From: Candidatus Bathyarchaeia archaeon
GTDB taxonomy: Archaea; Thermoproteota; Bathyarchaeia; 40CM-2-53-6
Reading direction: 5' to 3'
NCBI GenBank assembly: GCA_049513715.1
Contig: JBEKVV010000001.1
Span: 64,001-128,000, forward strand
DNA length: 64,000 nt
Both the position numbers and the translations under genes were made by a program. Below the pieces are notes generated by a model, which had not been told where the DNA came from, searched no databases, and worked only from the letters and a program-made list of their open reading frames with translations. Of this stretch, positions 1 to 9,758 are shown one piece after another (position 1 is the stretch's first letter; every line of letters starts with the position of its first letter).

Positions 1-740
1 ATGAGTCTTTCGCATTGTGCGGAGAGGGCGATCATTTTCTCGTAGCTTCTGATGAACGTGCCGAGGTCGCCGCCGGGCAGGTGGGTGTAGATTGCGCCCG
101 TGTAGAACATGTCCCCCGTCCAGAATAGTCTGGCGTCCTTGTCAAGGAGGCATATGGAGTCGGGGCTGTGGCCTGGCGTGTGAAAGACCTCCAGCTCTCT
201 ATCGCCCAGATCAATGACATCGCCGTCTTGCAGCCACCGGGTCGGTGTGAAGGAAGGCACGTGGTAGTTTGCTCGGTCAAAATTGGGAGGCAAGGGTTTC
301 CACAGCAGCCCATCCGCGAGGAGCCTTGCCATCTGTTCTCTAGTACGACCTTTCTTAGCGGCTTGCCTAGAGTAAGGACAATCGAATATTGCGACTTCAT
401 CGAACAAGTAGTTCTGTGCGATATGGTCGTAGTGGCTGTGCGTGTTCACGACCATGATGGGCAGTTTCGTGAATTCCTCTGCCAGCCTCTTCACGTCACC
501 AATTCCACATCCCGTGTCGATCAGAGCGGCCTTCTCTGTTCCGAGGATTAGGTATGAGATGACTTCTTCAGCTTGGCCTGGTTCGTAGAACACGTAGACT
601 TCTGGGTCAACTGTGTAAACCTCGAACCATGGTTGGTTGGATTCGAGCCTTCGAAGCTCTGAGAAAGCCTTACGGGGTAGATTCTTCCACCACTCAACCG
701 GTACGACAAGGTTTCCGTGTTCAGACTTCTTTGCAGGCAC
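1..740 (-). CDS. MBL-fold metallo-hydrolase (3' end runs off window)
   Basis: Hand translation from GTG at 740: MPAKKSEH...LIDTGCG...NTHSHYDHI...HTPGHSPDS...WTGDMFY; HxHxDH motif. Absent from the ORF track because no stop lies in the window. Confidence 0.85.
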   Translation of the reverse strand, partial: MPAKKSEHGNLVVPVEWWKNLPRKAFSELRRLESNQPWFEVYTVDPEVYVFYEPGQAEEVISYLILGTEKAALIDTGCGIGDVKRLAEEFTKLPIMVVNTHSHYDHIAQNYLFDEVAIFDCPYSRQAAKKGRTREQMARLLADGLLWKPLPPNFDRANYHVPSFTPTRWLQDGDVIDLGDRELEVFHTPGHSPDSICLLDKDARLFWTGDMFYTGAIYTHLPGGDLGTFIRSYEKMIALSAQCERL

Positions 741-832
741 AGCTCAGCACAGGTTGGCAGAGTGTTAGTCGTGCATATTACGGTGACCCCGGAATCTGGG
801 CCTGAACCTAGCCGAGTCGTCTGCGTGGGGGG

Positions 833-1855
833 TTAGGGCGTGACAGTGTTAGTCGGCATGTTACCGCCTACCAAGTTCTCCAAAGCCTTCAAGTTCTCAT
901 TCAGGGACCTGATCCTTTGGTCATCCGCCGCGATTGCCTGGGTAAGTTCAGCTTTCTGTGCGGCGAAGGGTCGAGTTCTTTCGCGTTTGTACCATGGGGT
1001 CCTATCCAACGCTTCGAGCTGTTCTTGGCGAATGTTTCTAGTGGTGATGATCTCTCGGAGATTTCTCTTCACTTCGGCAAGCTTCGAGCGCAAATTGACA
1101 AACCCTTCCAAGCCATTGAGGGTAGCCGCCAGTTCTTCTATGTTCCCTCGAGAACCTGTAACGCTGAAGACGATTTTCTCGGGTGAGACGGAGTAGGTCG
1201 TGTGATCCAAAGAGAGTCCAAATTGCGCGATGCGTTTGGCCAACTCCGCATTCCAGTCATCCTTTCCATCATACCGACCGATGAACGTGTGAGTTGCCTT
1301 AGCACCGGCCCCTTTTCTCCTATGCAGGGTTTTGGCAGGTCGGCCATTCTTTCTCGCTGTTGGCTTCGTGTCGTGCTTCGTCTGCTGAATTCTGGTGGTC
1401 AATGATTCTATTTTGGTGGTGAGTTCGTGCTTCATGTTCGTTAAGGATTCAACCTCAATTGTCAACGGGTGCAAAGTGTTTGCCAGGGCTCTCTTCTTCC
1501 CTTCCAATGATTCTATTTCGGTGGTGAGTTCGTGCTTCATGTTCGTTAAGGATTCAACCTCAATTGTCAACGGGTGCAAAGTGTTTGCCAGGGCTCTCTT
1601 CTTCCCTTCCCATGATTCAATTTCCTTTAGCAACGCGGCCCTCTGGCTATCCAACGACTGGAGCGCAACATTCAACGAATCGACGTTTTGCTGGATTTCA
1701 GAACGGACTTGGTAAACTTGGCTTATGTCGTGAGGGGTTCCGCAAATGTCACAAAAGAGTGCGTTAGGATCCAGCACACTGTGACAGAAAGAACAGACCG
1801 AGCGCTGCTTCATCTGCAAAGGTGACTTTTCCATCTGCAACCGACTGGCAGCCAT
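833..1855 (-). CDS. Zinc-ribbon + coiled-coil protein (paralog of 4132-5175)
   Basis: CSFC..CDICG N-terminus, heptad repeats, C-terminal domain shared with 4132-5175. Confidence 0.8.
   Translation of the reverse strand: MAASRLQMEKSPLQMKQRSVCSFCHSVLDPNALFCDICGTPHDISQVYQVRSEIQQNVDSLNVALQSLDSQRAALLKEIESWEGKKRALANTLHPLTIEVESLTNMKHELTTEIESLEGKKRALANTLHPLTIEVESLTNMKHELTTKIESLTTRIQQTKHDTKPTARKNGRPAKTLHRRKGAGAKATHTFIGRYDGKDDWNAELAKRIAQFGLSLDHTTYSVSPEKIVFSVTGSRGNIEELAATLNGLEGFVNLRSKLAEVKRNLREIITTRNIRQEQLEALDRTPWYKRERTRPFAAQKAELTQAIAADDQRIRSLNENLKALENLVGGNMPTNTVTP
1084..1255. repeat. 172-bp inverted repeat, copy 1 (copy 2 at 4747-4918)
   Basis: Identical by eye to the reverse complement of 4747-4918; flanks diverge. 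Confidence 0.9.
1401..1610. repeat. Intragenic tandem duplication, 2 x 105 bp (35 aa = 5 heptads)
   Basis: 1401-1505 vs 1506-1610 differ at one position; KKRALANTLHPLTIEVESLTNMKHELTT appears twice. Confidence 0.9.
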
Positions 1856-2251
1856 GATAGATCACATTGACCATGTCGCGCGTCATCGCTAGTATTTATT
1901 CAGAATGGATGATTCGTCCTTATTATGATCCGCAATGAGCGCCTATAAGATGTTGCCTTGTTCCAAAATCGGAACTACATGCCATAGCTGAGGCTATGCG
2001 CCGTAGTTATGGATGATTCATCAAGTTCTGCCTCTCAGAGACCTGCTGCTTCCGCTGTGGTACACAAAACGACTAGGCGGGAGGATGGTCAGCCGGGAAA
2101 TGGCAACGCGTCTCCAACATGTCACCAGGGTGTATGATAGGAGGAGAAACCGTAATGTTTCTTCTGAGATTCGGACTGCTCTCTTTTCAATACTCCGGCA
2201 TGGGTTTCATTTTTGAGAATCTATCTAGATTTGCCATCGAGGTTCCGGTCT

Positions 2252-3109
2252 TCATGGGGGACCTGGGAAGAGTGATGCACCGCAACTTGAGCAGAAGATT
2301 GCATCGACACGATTATTGAAACCACATGCTGCGCACTTCCTTTCTGGATGTAGTTTTGTTCTGGGAATCCGGCTTGACAGATAGTTCTTAAGCGACTTTG
2401 CCCTGTTGATCAAATCTGACTTAGGCCTCTTTGAGGCAGGTTCGCGGTGACCTCCCGGATGACCACGGGTTAGGTCACGTAGGTTCTCCTCGACAGTTTG
2501 TGGATGAACTTCTGATTCCACCAGTTTAGAGGCGGGCGTACTTTGGAGAGCTTCCGCTAAGTCGGCACTGAGTTTCTGGATTCTGGCTTCTAACTGTGCC
2601 TTGTCATCTCTTAGCCTTGAGAGTTCGATTCGTAGATTTTCCGTCTCGGATTGCTCAGCTTCAAGCCTAGTTCTTGAGACTGATTTGACTAGCTGTGCTT
2701 CGAGATCTCGAACTCTCTCCATTAGGTTGCCCTTATCTTGCGTGAGATTCTCAGTCTCAGATTCTTTGATTTCGAGTTCAGCTCTTGGAACAATCTCAGC
2801 CAGTTTTGATTTCTTGCGAACTTTTCCAGTAAGTCTGGTCGAGTCGGCCTGGGTTCTAGTTGTGATTGCATCAGGTTTCAACTGCGGAACCAGCACAGAG
2901 AGCCTTGTTTCGAGACTTGTTCGTTCCGTGAAAGCCTTTTCAGTTTTCTTTTGCTCGTCTAGGGCCATCTGCTGGACAGGTTTTCGAAGTAATGACTGGT
3001 TCTCCAGAAATTTGAGGGTGCTCCAGAAATTTGAGATATCCTTTCCACATCTATCACAGACTCTTGCGTCTAACTGTATGGGCCCTTTTCCACAAAATGG
3101 GCAGAGCAC
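2252..3109 (-). CDS. Coiled-coil protein with zinc ribbons at both ends
   Basis: CPFCG..CDRCG at N-terminus, CAACG..CSSCG at C-terminus, central heptads. Confidence 0.8.
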   Translation of the reverse strand: MLCPFCGKGPIQLDARVCDRCGKDISNFWSTLKFLENQSLLRKPVQQMALDEQKKTEKAFTERTSLETRLSVLVPQLKPDAITTRTQADSTRLTGKVRKKSKLAEIVPRAELEIKESETENLTQDKGNLMERVRDLEAQLVKSVSRTRLEAEQSETENLRIELSRLRDDKAQLEARIQKLSADLAEALQSTPASKLVESEVHPQTVEENLRDLTRGHPGGHREPASKRPKSDLINRAKSLKNYLSSRIPRTKLHPERKCAACGFNNRVDAIFCSSCGASLFPGPP

Positions 3110-3464
3110 TGACGCAGTCGAGATTACCCCGCTCCTGCTGAATCGATTGATTACCGAATTACGTGGCTAAAACCTTTTTCTTCCACTGGACCTTCACTAA
3201 TTCACGCGCAAACTGCTGCCTCCACCTAAGCGCTCCGGATCTCGTGGATCGTTTGGAGTAACTCACCGCCGGATTTTTCATCCTCGAAAGGGGAATTCTT
3301 CCTGAGATGCGAGTTCACGCGCATGTTACGCAAATGTTCTTCGCGCCTCACCTTGAACGAAGAAGAGCACCATGGGGGAGGCAAGTGCATGGGCGTGAAG
3401 GAGCGCGTCGTCGACATGGGCGCGAGCCGCCCGTTGTGCAGGCCTCTCCGGTCGGACTCTGCCT

Positions 3465-3566
3465 GTTAGCCAACACCTGGCGGAGAACGACATGAAAATT
3501 AAGACTCTAGCTGAAGAATTGGAAGCTGTAAGAAACTTAATCGGCTCTATCGAGACTACCATTTGA
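3465..3566 (+). pseudogene. C-terminal remnant of a third zinc-ribbon/coiled-coil paralog
   Basis: QHLAENDMKIKTLAEELEAVRNLIGSIET aligns with QELAADELKIKALTEAMKAIENLLGSEET of 4132-5175; upstream in-frame stop at 3396. Confidence 0.6.
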
Positions 3567-4131
3567 GTTGTCCCTCATGGAGAATGGAATGGGTATACCG
3601 CTGAGCAGGTGGCCTATCGGACTACACGATTTCTCTCGTGTCAATGTCACTGTCCTTCAGCTCTCATGATGCTTTCACCCATGGCCCATCCCATCCATAA
3701 TATGCAAGGCGCCCAATTCTCCTGAAAATGACTCGTATCGATTACGTTCAGTTCGATTGCGCACGAGCTTATTTCATGTCGTGTATGTGATTATCGGAAC
3801 GCGTTCTGCTATTGGGACCCTTGAGGGCCGCTTAAGATACCTGTCCGATATTCATTGCCACCTTTGCTGGCGCTACGTATTCCACTCTGCGTCTTCCAAA
3901 GCAATATTTCCACGATTTCCAGACATTCCTTGCCACAGGAATTGCATTTTGTGGGTAATGGTTAAGTTCCCGCTCAACAGGCTGCCTCTATCCTGTGTGG
4001 GCATTTGGAGGATTGCGGTTGGAGGAAGTATTTTCGCAAATACAGCAACTAGTTTGTTCTTCATTAAACGATGTGACAGATCGTAGCGCGCTCGCTCGTG
4101 GCGCATTACAGTAAGGAGCCTAGAGAACAAG

Positions 4132-5175
4132 ATGAATTCTGCAATTCCAACGCAACAGGCATTCTGTTACAATTGCCATGCTCCGCTTGTAAGTCCTGGT
4201 ACTGCTTTCTGCGATACCTGTGGTGCTCCTCAAAAGAGCTTTACGGCGCTTTCTGAAACCTTGCGCACTCAAAGTTCTCAGGTAAGGTCGCTGGAAGAAC
4301 AAAAGAATATTCTCGGGAATCAAATACAAGAATTAATGGAATCTGAAACTAAACGAAACATCACTTTGCAAACTTTGGAGAGCAAAAGAGCCGAACTGCT
4401 GGCGGAAGTTAAAGAATTCGAGAACAAGAAACTTGAGCTTACGAACGAAGTCGAAGGCCTCACTAGTCAAATACAACAGTTAGAGAATTCCCTTGAAACA
4501 ACAAAGTCGACACAACTCACGGAACTTGAGTCTCTGGAAAGCAAGAGAAGGGCCTTGGCAGAAGTGATGAAATCCGAAGAGGCAACCATCGAGGTCCTGC
4601 GTAGAGAGAAGCTTGAACTTGAGCACCAAGTCAAACCGAGAGTGAAGAAGAACAGCCGACCCCACAAGACGCAGCACAAGAAAAAGACCCACGGCGTTGA
4701 GCAGGAAACGCACACATTCATCGGCAAATACGAAGGAAAAGAGGATTGGAATGCGGAGTTGGCCAAACGCATCGCGCAATTTGGACTCTCTTTGGATCAC
4801 ACGACCTACTCCGTCTCACCCGAGAAAATCGTCTTCAGCGTTACAGGTTCTCGAGGGAACATAGAAGAACTGGCGGCTACCCTCAATGGCTTGGAAGGGT
4901 TTGTCAATTTGCGCTCGAGGCTGGCGGAAACAAGGAGAAGTCTTCGAGAGGTCATTGATGCTAGAAATGCTCGCCAAGAGCAACTGGATGCTGTGAACAA
5001 GGCTCCTTGGTACAGGAGCGGAACGACGAAAAGCCTAACCACGCAGAAGGCTGAACTTAACCAAGAACTAGCAGCGGATGAACTGAAAATTAAGGCTCTA
5101 ACTGAGGCTATGAAAGCGATTGAAAACCTGCTCGGCTCCGAGGAAACTAAGAGTGGTGCTTTTGGGCGTTCTTGA
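4132..5175 (+). CDS. Zinc-ribbon + coiled-coil protein (paralog of 833-1855)
   Basis: CYNC..CDTCG, heptads, shared C-terminal domain. Confidence 0.8.
   Translation: MNSAIPTQQAFCYNCHAPLVSPGTAFCDTCGAPQKSFTALSETLRTQSSQVRSLEEQKNILGNQIQELMESETKRNITLQTLESKRAELLAEVKEFENKKLELTNEVEGLTSQIQQLENSLETTKSTQLTELESLESKRRALAEVMKSEEATIEVLRREKLELEHQVKPRVKKNSRPHKTQHKKKTHGVEQETHTFIGKYEGKEDWNAELAKRIAQFGLSLDHTTYSVSPEKIVFSVTGSRGNIEELAATLNGLEGFVNLRSRLAETRRSLREVIDARNARQEQLDAVNKAPWYRSGTTKSLTTQKAELNQELAADELKIKALTEAMKAIENLLGSEETKSGAFGRS
4747..4918. repeat. 172-bp inverted repeat, copy 2
   Basis: Reverse complement of 1084-1255. Confidence 0.9.
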
Positions 5176-5361
5176 GTATATTTCGACTAGTACTTGGAGT
5201 TCTGATTGCTGTGGTAACTAGTAGTAGCTGTAGTAGTAGAGATTATTCATCCATTCCAATTATAAGTAAGCTTATTGGAACTTACTGCCAATGATTGCCA
5301 TACGGTGGTTTGATTGAGTAGACGTGCAGCTGCAAAACGTGAGTCGATTATAGAAGTCTTC

Positions 5362-5952
5362 ATGCCACTTGGCATGCGCCTATTCACGGGCTTGTATTGG
5401 ATTGCAGGATTGTCCGGCATGATGCTGGGCATACTGGTCGTTAACCAAGGCTTCTTTGAAAGCTACTTTGACATCCAAACTCTGCTAATCACCCAAGGCG
5501 CGGCCTTACTCATTCTAGCGAGCGTCATGTTCCTGGTAGCCGTCGGTATGATTACTGGCGCAAAATGGAGCTTGGACGTCGCAAAACGAATAGCCGCAGT
5601 ATCTGTCGCATGGTCAGCCGTGGGAATCGTCTTGGCAGTTTACAGCGCCTCTAACCTAACCGGAGTAGAGTACATGCTCGTCCTATACGGAATCGTAGGA
5701 TGGCTTTTCGGATTCGGGTTAGTTGTTGGCTTGATGGGGTTACGCTATCTCACCGTTTCAGGAGGAACTGTGAGAAGGTATGCAGAGTACGTAACCACAG
5801 AGCCTCTCTCGTTCCAATACAGTGAACAGCCCAAACAACTTCCCGTGATACGACGTTCCCACCTGCGTTGCATAGATTGCGGCAGCGAGCTGAAAGCAGG
5901 AGCCACTGTATGCCCCGAGTGTGGAGCCGCACAACCCCAAGGAGCTGTTTAA
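5362..5952 (+). CDS. Membrane protein (about 4 TM) with C-terminal zinc ribbon
   Basis: Hydrophobic helices then CIDCG..CPECG; start may be TTG 5314. Confidence 0.75.
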   Translation: MPLGMRLFTGLYWIAGLSGMMLGILVVNQGFFESYFDIQTLLITQGAALLILASVMFLVAVGMITGAKWSLDVAKRIAAVSVAWSAVGIVLAVYSASNLTGVEYMLVLYGIVGWLFGFGLVVGLMGLRYLTVSGGTVRRYAEYVTTEPLSFQYSEQPKQLPVIRRSHLRCIDCGSELKAGATVCPECGAAQPQGAV

Positions 5953-5953
5953 C

Positions 5954-7576
5954 ATGCGGACCCCACAATTCGCAATCCTACTGTTAGTAGTGATGATCGC
6001 AAGCATCATTATCCCAGTCAAACTCGCCAATGCGCAGACAGCTGATTTCCAGGTTAGCGCATCTCCACCCCGTGTCTCCGTTGGAAGCGACGGGACAGCA
6101 CACTACGTGGTTACTGTCGTCTCAATAAACGGCTTCACGGGCACCGTTCAATTAACCGCCACAGGCGTCTCCAACGTGGGGTTGCAAGCAGCATACTTCG
6201 CCTTTAGCCCCAGCCTGATAAACGTGGCAGCGAACGGACAAGCATTCTCAGAGTTAACTCTGACGACCAACTACCAATACACCAGCACGGGGCTCGGAAT
6301 CACAACCATAAACTTCCAAGTCACAGCCAGCGCTAATGGCATAACACACACTGCTCCACTGGCGGCTGATCTCTTCTACGGTGATTCGCCAACGGTTCAA
6401 CTAACCAGCGTGAGCGTGAACCTACAACCGAACACTCTGCTAGTATCAGGCGACATAACGAAGTCTCAGAATCAAACTCTCCAATTGACGCTTACGTCGC
6501 AAGCCACGACGCAACTCGGCCAACTACTGTTCACTGGCGCCCTGCAGGCCTACGACATACCAAGTGGGTTTTACATTTCATTCAACCCGAGCACTGTGAA
6601 CATCTTGGGGGGCCAATCAGCACAGGTCACAGTTAGCATTCTCATGACCCCACAATTTCTGCAGAACGGTGGAACGTACAAATTCGCAATCGGAATAAAC
6701 GCGCTAATGCAAGGTTCGCTCCTCAACAGCTACAATACATACGGTAACTATTTCCTCTCCAAGATCGGCGTGCTAACCATAATTATTCCACCATCCTTCA
6801 ACATTGCAATCAACCCATCCGTTCTGAACGTACCAATTGGTGGCGGCGATCAACAATTCGCAATCGTAGTCACCCCACTGACCAAAGGCCTCACTGAGCC
6901 AATTGTGCTGTCTGCGCAAGGGGTTCCTGCTGGAATAATAATGAACTTCCAGGCAAGCACGCTCATCGCCAACGGAATCCAGCCTTTGTCTACAAACCTG
7001 GTCCTCAACGCGCCGACAGGTACATGGCCTACCACTACAACTATTCGCATTACAGCTCAGGCTGCTGGTGCAAGCAGCTATGCGGATGTTTCATTGAACG
7101 TCGAACCCCAAGGGGACTACTCTGTGCAGGCAGATCAAACGACACTTCAATTCAGCGGTCCTGGTCAATCTCGATCAGTCACTTTGACGATCACTCCTGA
7201 AAGCGGGTTCAAGTCAGCTATTTCGTTCTCAGTCACGAACCTACCCGCCGGCATGACAGCGACATTCAGCACGGCGAACGTGACAGTGCAACAAACCAGC
7301 GCAATGAACGTCATTCTCACGCTGACTGCTGGCTCGAACGTTCAAGCAGGAACATACGACGTCTCAATAATGAGTAACACTGGGTTCTCGCAGAAGAATT
7401 TGGTCTTGACAGTTCTCGTTAGGTCAGGTGGCTCAGAGATTTGGCCCGTCGTACTGGTCATGGTTGTCGTACTGGCCGTCGTCAGCCTAATCGTCTTTGT
7501 GGGAATGCCTAAAGGCAGGGAGCTTCGTCGAATACCTGAGAGAGATCGCGACCGTCAACAGCGCCTGCCGCCGTAG
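5954..7576 (+). CDS. Cell-surface protein with Ig-like repeats, signal peptide and C-terminal TM anchor
   Basis: N-terminal hydrophobic signal, S/T-rich beta repeats (DFQVSASP, SFNIAINP, DYSVQAD), C-terminal TM plus basic tail. Confidence 0.8.
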   Translation: MRTPQFAILLLVVMIASIIIPVKLANAQTADFQVSASPPRVSVGSDGTAHYVVTVVSINGFTGTVQLTATGVSNVGLQAAYFAFSPSLINVAANGQAFSELTLTTNYQYTSTGLGITTINFQVTASANGITHTAPLAADLFYGDSPTVQLTSVSVNLQPNTLLVSGDITKSQNQTLQLTLTSQATTQLGQLLFTGALQAYDIPSGFYISFNPSTVNILGGQSAQVTVSILMTPQFLQNGGTYKFAIGINALMQGSLLNSYNTYGNYFLSKIGVLTIIIPPSFNIAINPSVLNVPIGGGDQQFAIVVTPLTKGLTEPIVLSAQGVPAGIIMNFQASTLIANGIQPLSTNLVLNAPTGTWPTTTTIRITAQAAGASSYADVSLNVEPQGDYSVQADQTTLQFSGPGQSRSVTLTITPESGFKSAISFSVTNLPAGMTATFSTANVTVQQTSAMNVILTLTAGSNVQAGTYDVSIMSNTGFSQKNLVLTVLVRSGGSEIWPVVLVMVVVLAVVSLIVFVGMPKGRELRRIPERDRDRQQRLPP

Positions 7577-7594
7577 ACTCAAGAGGCGTCGTGC

Positions 7595-7792
7595 TTGGCA
7601 AACGTGGCCCCAGTCAGGATCAGTAAATCTGAGACTAAGACAGGGAAAATCTGTCGACTCACGATCCCAAAGGTATTGCTGGAAGACGAGGAGTTCCCAC
7701 TCGACCTCAGCAAACAAATATACATTCGGATCGTTCGGGGCGGGTTGCTGCTAGCCAATAACTCCGACGGGAACGGCACGTGGAAAGCGTGA
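7595..7792 (+). CDS. Small AbrB/SpoVT-like protein
   Basis: RLTIPKVLL swapped-hairpin-like motif; overlaps the dnaJ-like start. Confidence 0.45.
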   Translation: MANVAPVRISKSETKTGKICRLTIPKVLLEDEEFPLDLSKQIYIRIVRGGLLLANNSDGNGTWKA

Positions 7793-8748
7793 CTGAGACC
7801 GGACCGAAAGGGGAATGGTACGAGGTCTTAGGTCTACCAGAAAATGCTACAAGGGAACAGGTGAGAAGTGTTTACCGGCAACTTGCGCTTCGCTACCATC
7901 CTGACAGAAACAAAAGCCCTGAGGCTCTAGAGAAATTTAAGGAGATTTCACAAGCCTACGCTGAAGCTTGCGCCATCCTAGACGAAGAAGCAGAAGACGC
8001 ATATGAACAGGACGAGGGAACAGAAACACTCGACCAAAACCCCTATCCAACTGCTCCGCAACCCTCAGAACAGGAAACAGAAACACTCGACCAAAACCCC
8101 TATCCAACTGCTCCGCAACCCTCAGAACAGGAAACAGAAACACTCGACCAAAACCCCTATCCAACTGCTCCGCAACCCTCAGAAGAGGAAACTTCCAACC
8201 TAATTCTCCGCGACGGCGAGAAAGTACTCAAGGAAGTCAAGGAAGAAGGAAACGTCAGGTGCAATCTAGAAGTCTCGCTTGAGGAAGTGGCGCAGGGATC
8301 GAGAAAGCGCATCACAACCACTCAGAAGAGCGTATGCGAGTTCTGCAGAGGGGGCATTGGGAAAGCCACATGCCGACATTGTCATGGAATTGGCATCAGG
8401 GAAGAAGTGAGTGAGATTCCGTTGACGATTCCTCCGGGCATTGAGGATGGCATGCAGCTGAAACTAGCAGGGCGCGGCCATTTTGGGGGAAATGTCTACG
8501 TCGAGGTCACAGTAAAGCCTCACCCGCTCTTTCAACGAGACCTAGACAACGTTTACTATGAACTGTTGATCTCATCGGCTCAACTAAGACGCGGAAAGCA
8601 AGTCGACATTCCCACCCTCGATGGCTCAATCGCTGTCTTGCGGATTCCGCCAAAAACTCGCAAGGGCACAATATTCGTGTTGCAGGGGAGAGGGCTCCCG
8701 AAGTATGGAACATCGGCGAAGGGTGATCTCATGATCAAAATAGTTTGA
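7780..8748 (+). CDS. DnaJ-class chaperone with repeat linker and shortened zinc finger
   Basis: J domain with [18 protein letters not shown]-terminal DnaJ domain ([19 protein letters not shown]). Confidence 0.9.
   Translation: MESVTETGPKGEWYEVLGLPENATREQVRSVYRQLALRYHPDRNKSPEALEKFKEISQAYAEACAILDEEAEDAYEQDEGTETLDQNPYPTAPQPSEQETETLDQNPYPTAPQPSEQETETLDQNPYPTAPQPSEEETSNLILRDGEKVLKEVKEEGNVRCNLEVSLEEVAQGSRKRITTTQKSVCEFCRGGIGKATCRHCHGIGIREEVSEIPLTIPPGIEDGMQLKLAGRGHFGGNVYVEVTVKPHPLFQRDLDNVYYELLISSAQLRRGKQVDIPTLDGSIAVLRIPPKTRKGTIFVLQGRGLPKYGTSAKGDLMIKIV
8019..8189 (+). repeat. 3 x 57-bp tandem repeat ([19 protein letters not shown])
   Basis: Copies start at 8019, 8076 and 8133; near-identical DNA. 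Confidence 0.9.
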
Positions 8749-8785
8749 AGCTAAACTGGGCCGATCAAGAACCAGTTTCTCCACC

Positions 8786-9352
8786 TCAACCCACATTCAG
8801 GACTTTGTCGTGGAATTGGGTTGTGCTCGCGATGGCTCCTTTCATTGTATCCTCATGCAGTGAGAAGAATACGCCGTGTATGTTATGCGCCCTCACACGC
8901 CCCGCTATTGTGTGCAGAAATCTGGCGACCGTGTTCGGGTCATTGTAGATCAGGAACGTGGAAATCGAATCCAGAAATAAGATGGTCTTCTCTTCCTTAC
9001 CCTTGAGTTGGTCGGAGGACAGCAATTTCGAGAGTGTAATACTGAGTTCCGTTAGGTTTGTGGGGCCGCTTAGTATGTAGGTTTTCTCAAACTCCTGAGG
9101 CGTCTTACCCATCAAACCCGACGCACAATCCAGAAAATACATGTTCCGCGTAGGGATCTTCTGGCTCTGCATGATCTCCTCCAAAGAGAAGTACGGTTTG
9201 TTAACTGAGATATAGACACCAATGGATTCAGGGGTCACCACGTTGCGGAGAACCGAGAGAATCATCGGAACGTAATTTTCAGGAGAACTAGTAACCATGA
9301 TCAAGTATCGGGATGGAAGCCCCATGAACCCTTCCCTGACGACCTCGTCCAT
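8786..9352 (-). CDS. Inactivated KaiC/RecA-like ATPase domain protein
   Basis: VYISVNKP, YFLDC, LFLDSISTFLIYN; no Walker A. Confidence 0.7.
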   Translation of the reverse strand: MDEVVREGFMGLPSRYLIMVTSSPENYVPMILSVLRNVVTPESIGVYISVNKPYFSLEEIMQSQKIPTRNMYFLDCASGLMGKTPQEFEKTYILSGPTNLTELSITLSKLLSSDQLKGKEEKTILFLDSISTFLIYNDPNTVARFLHTIAGRVRAHNIHGVFFSLHEDTMKGAIASTTQFHDKVLNVG

Positions 9353-9373
9353 CGTGACTTGCGTCGTTGCAGC

Positions 9374-9662
9374 TCACCGTATGACCAATGCGCCTTTGAG
9401 GAAGCAGGCGATGGCCGCAATGTCAAATATCCGATCGAAATTAGTGACGAACTGAAGTTCAAACTGAAGAGAGAATACAATCCAGTTGAAGATCGTAGCC
9501 GCAAGCATCGCGGCAAGGCCTAGGGAATACCAGAACAGCACCTTGCCAATCACTGCCGCTGAACCGGCGCCTAGTCCTTATCTGGTAGTAGTTGGCGAGA
9601 AGGATCAGTACGAGGATTATTGCGCCAGTGCCGATGTTGTAAAGTAAATCGAAAGAGAGCAT
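9374..9662 (-). pseudogene. Frameshifted small membrane protein
   Basis: MLSFDLLYNIGTGAIILVLILLANYY...FSGS continues in another frame near 9552 as VIGKVLFWYSLGLAAMLAATIFNWIVF...ACFLKGALVIR*. Confidence 0.6.
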
Positions 9663-9758
9663 GTGAATCCATACTCAAGGAACCGGATAAATGCCTAACG
9701 AATTCCAATTCTTATCGCTTGCAGTTCGTATTCAGCGAGATTGGTACGAATGCGAACG

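Noticed and set aside
1084..4918. Diversity-generating retroelement TR/VR pair
   Set aside because: Copies are identical with no adenine-specific mismatches and no reverse transcriptase in the window
5217..5240. GTA microrepeat
   Set aside because: Short low-complexity intergenic tract with no supporting context
8019..8189. Regular repeats as a possible CRISPR array
   Set aside because: No unique spacers; in-frame coding repeat inside dnaJ
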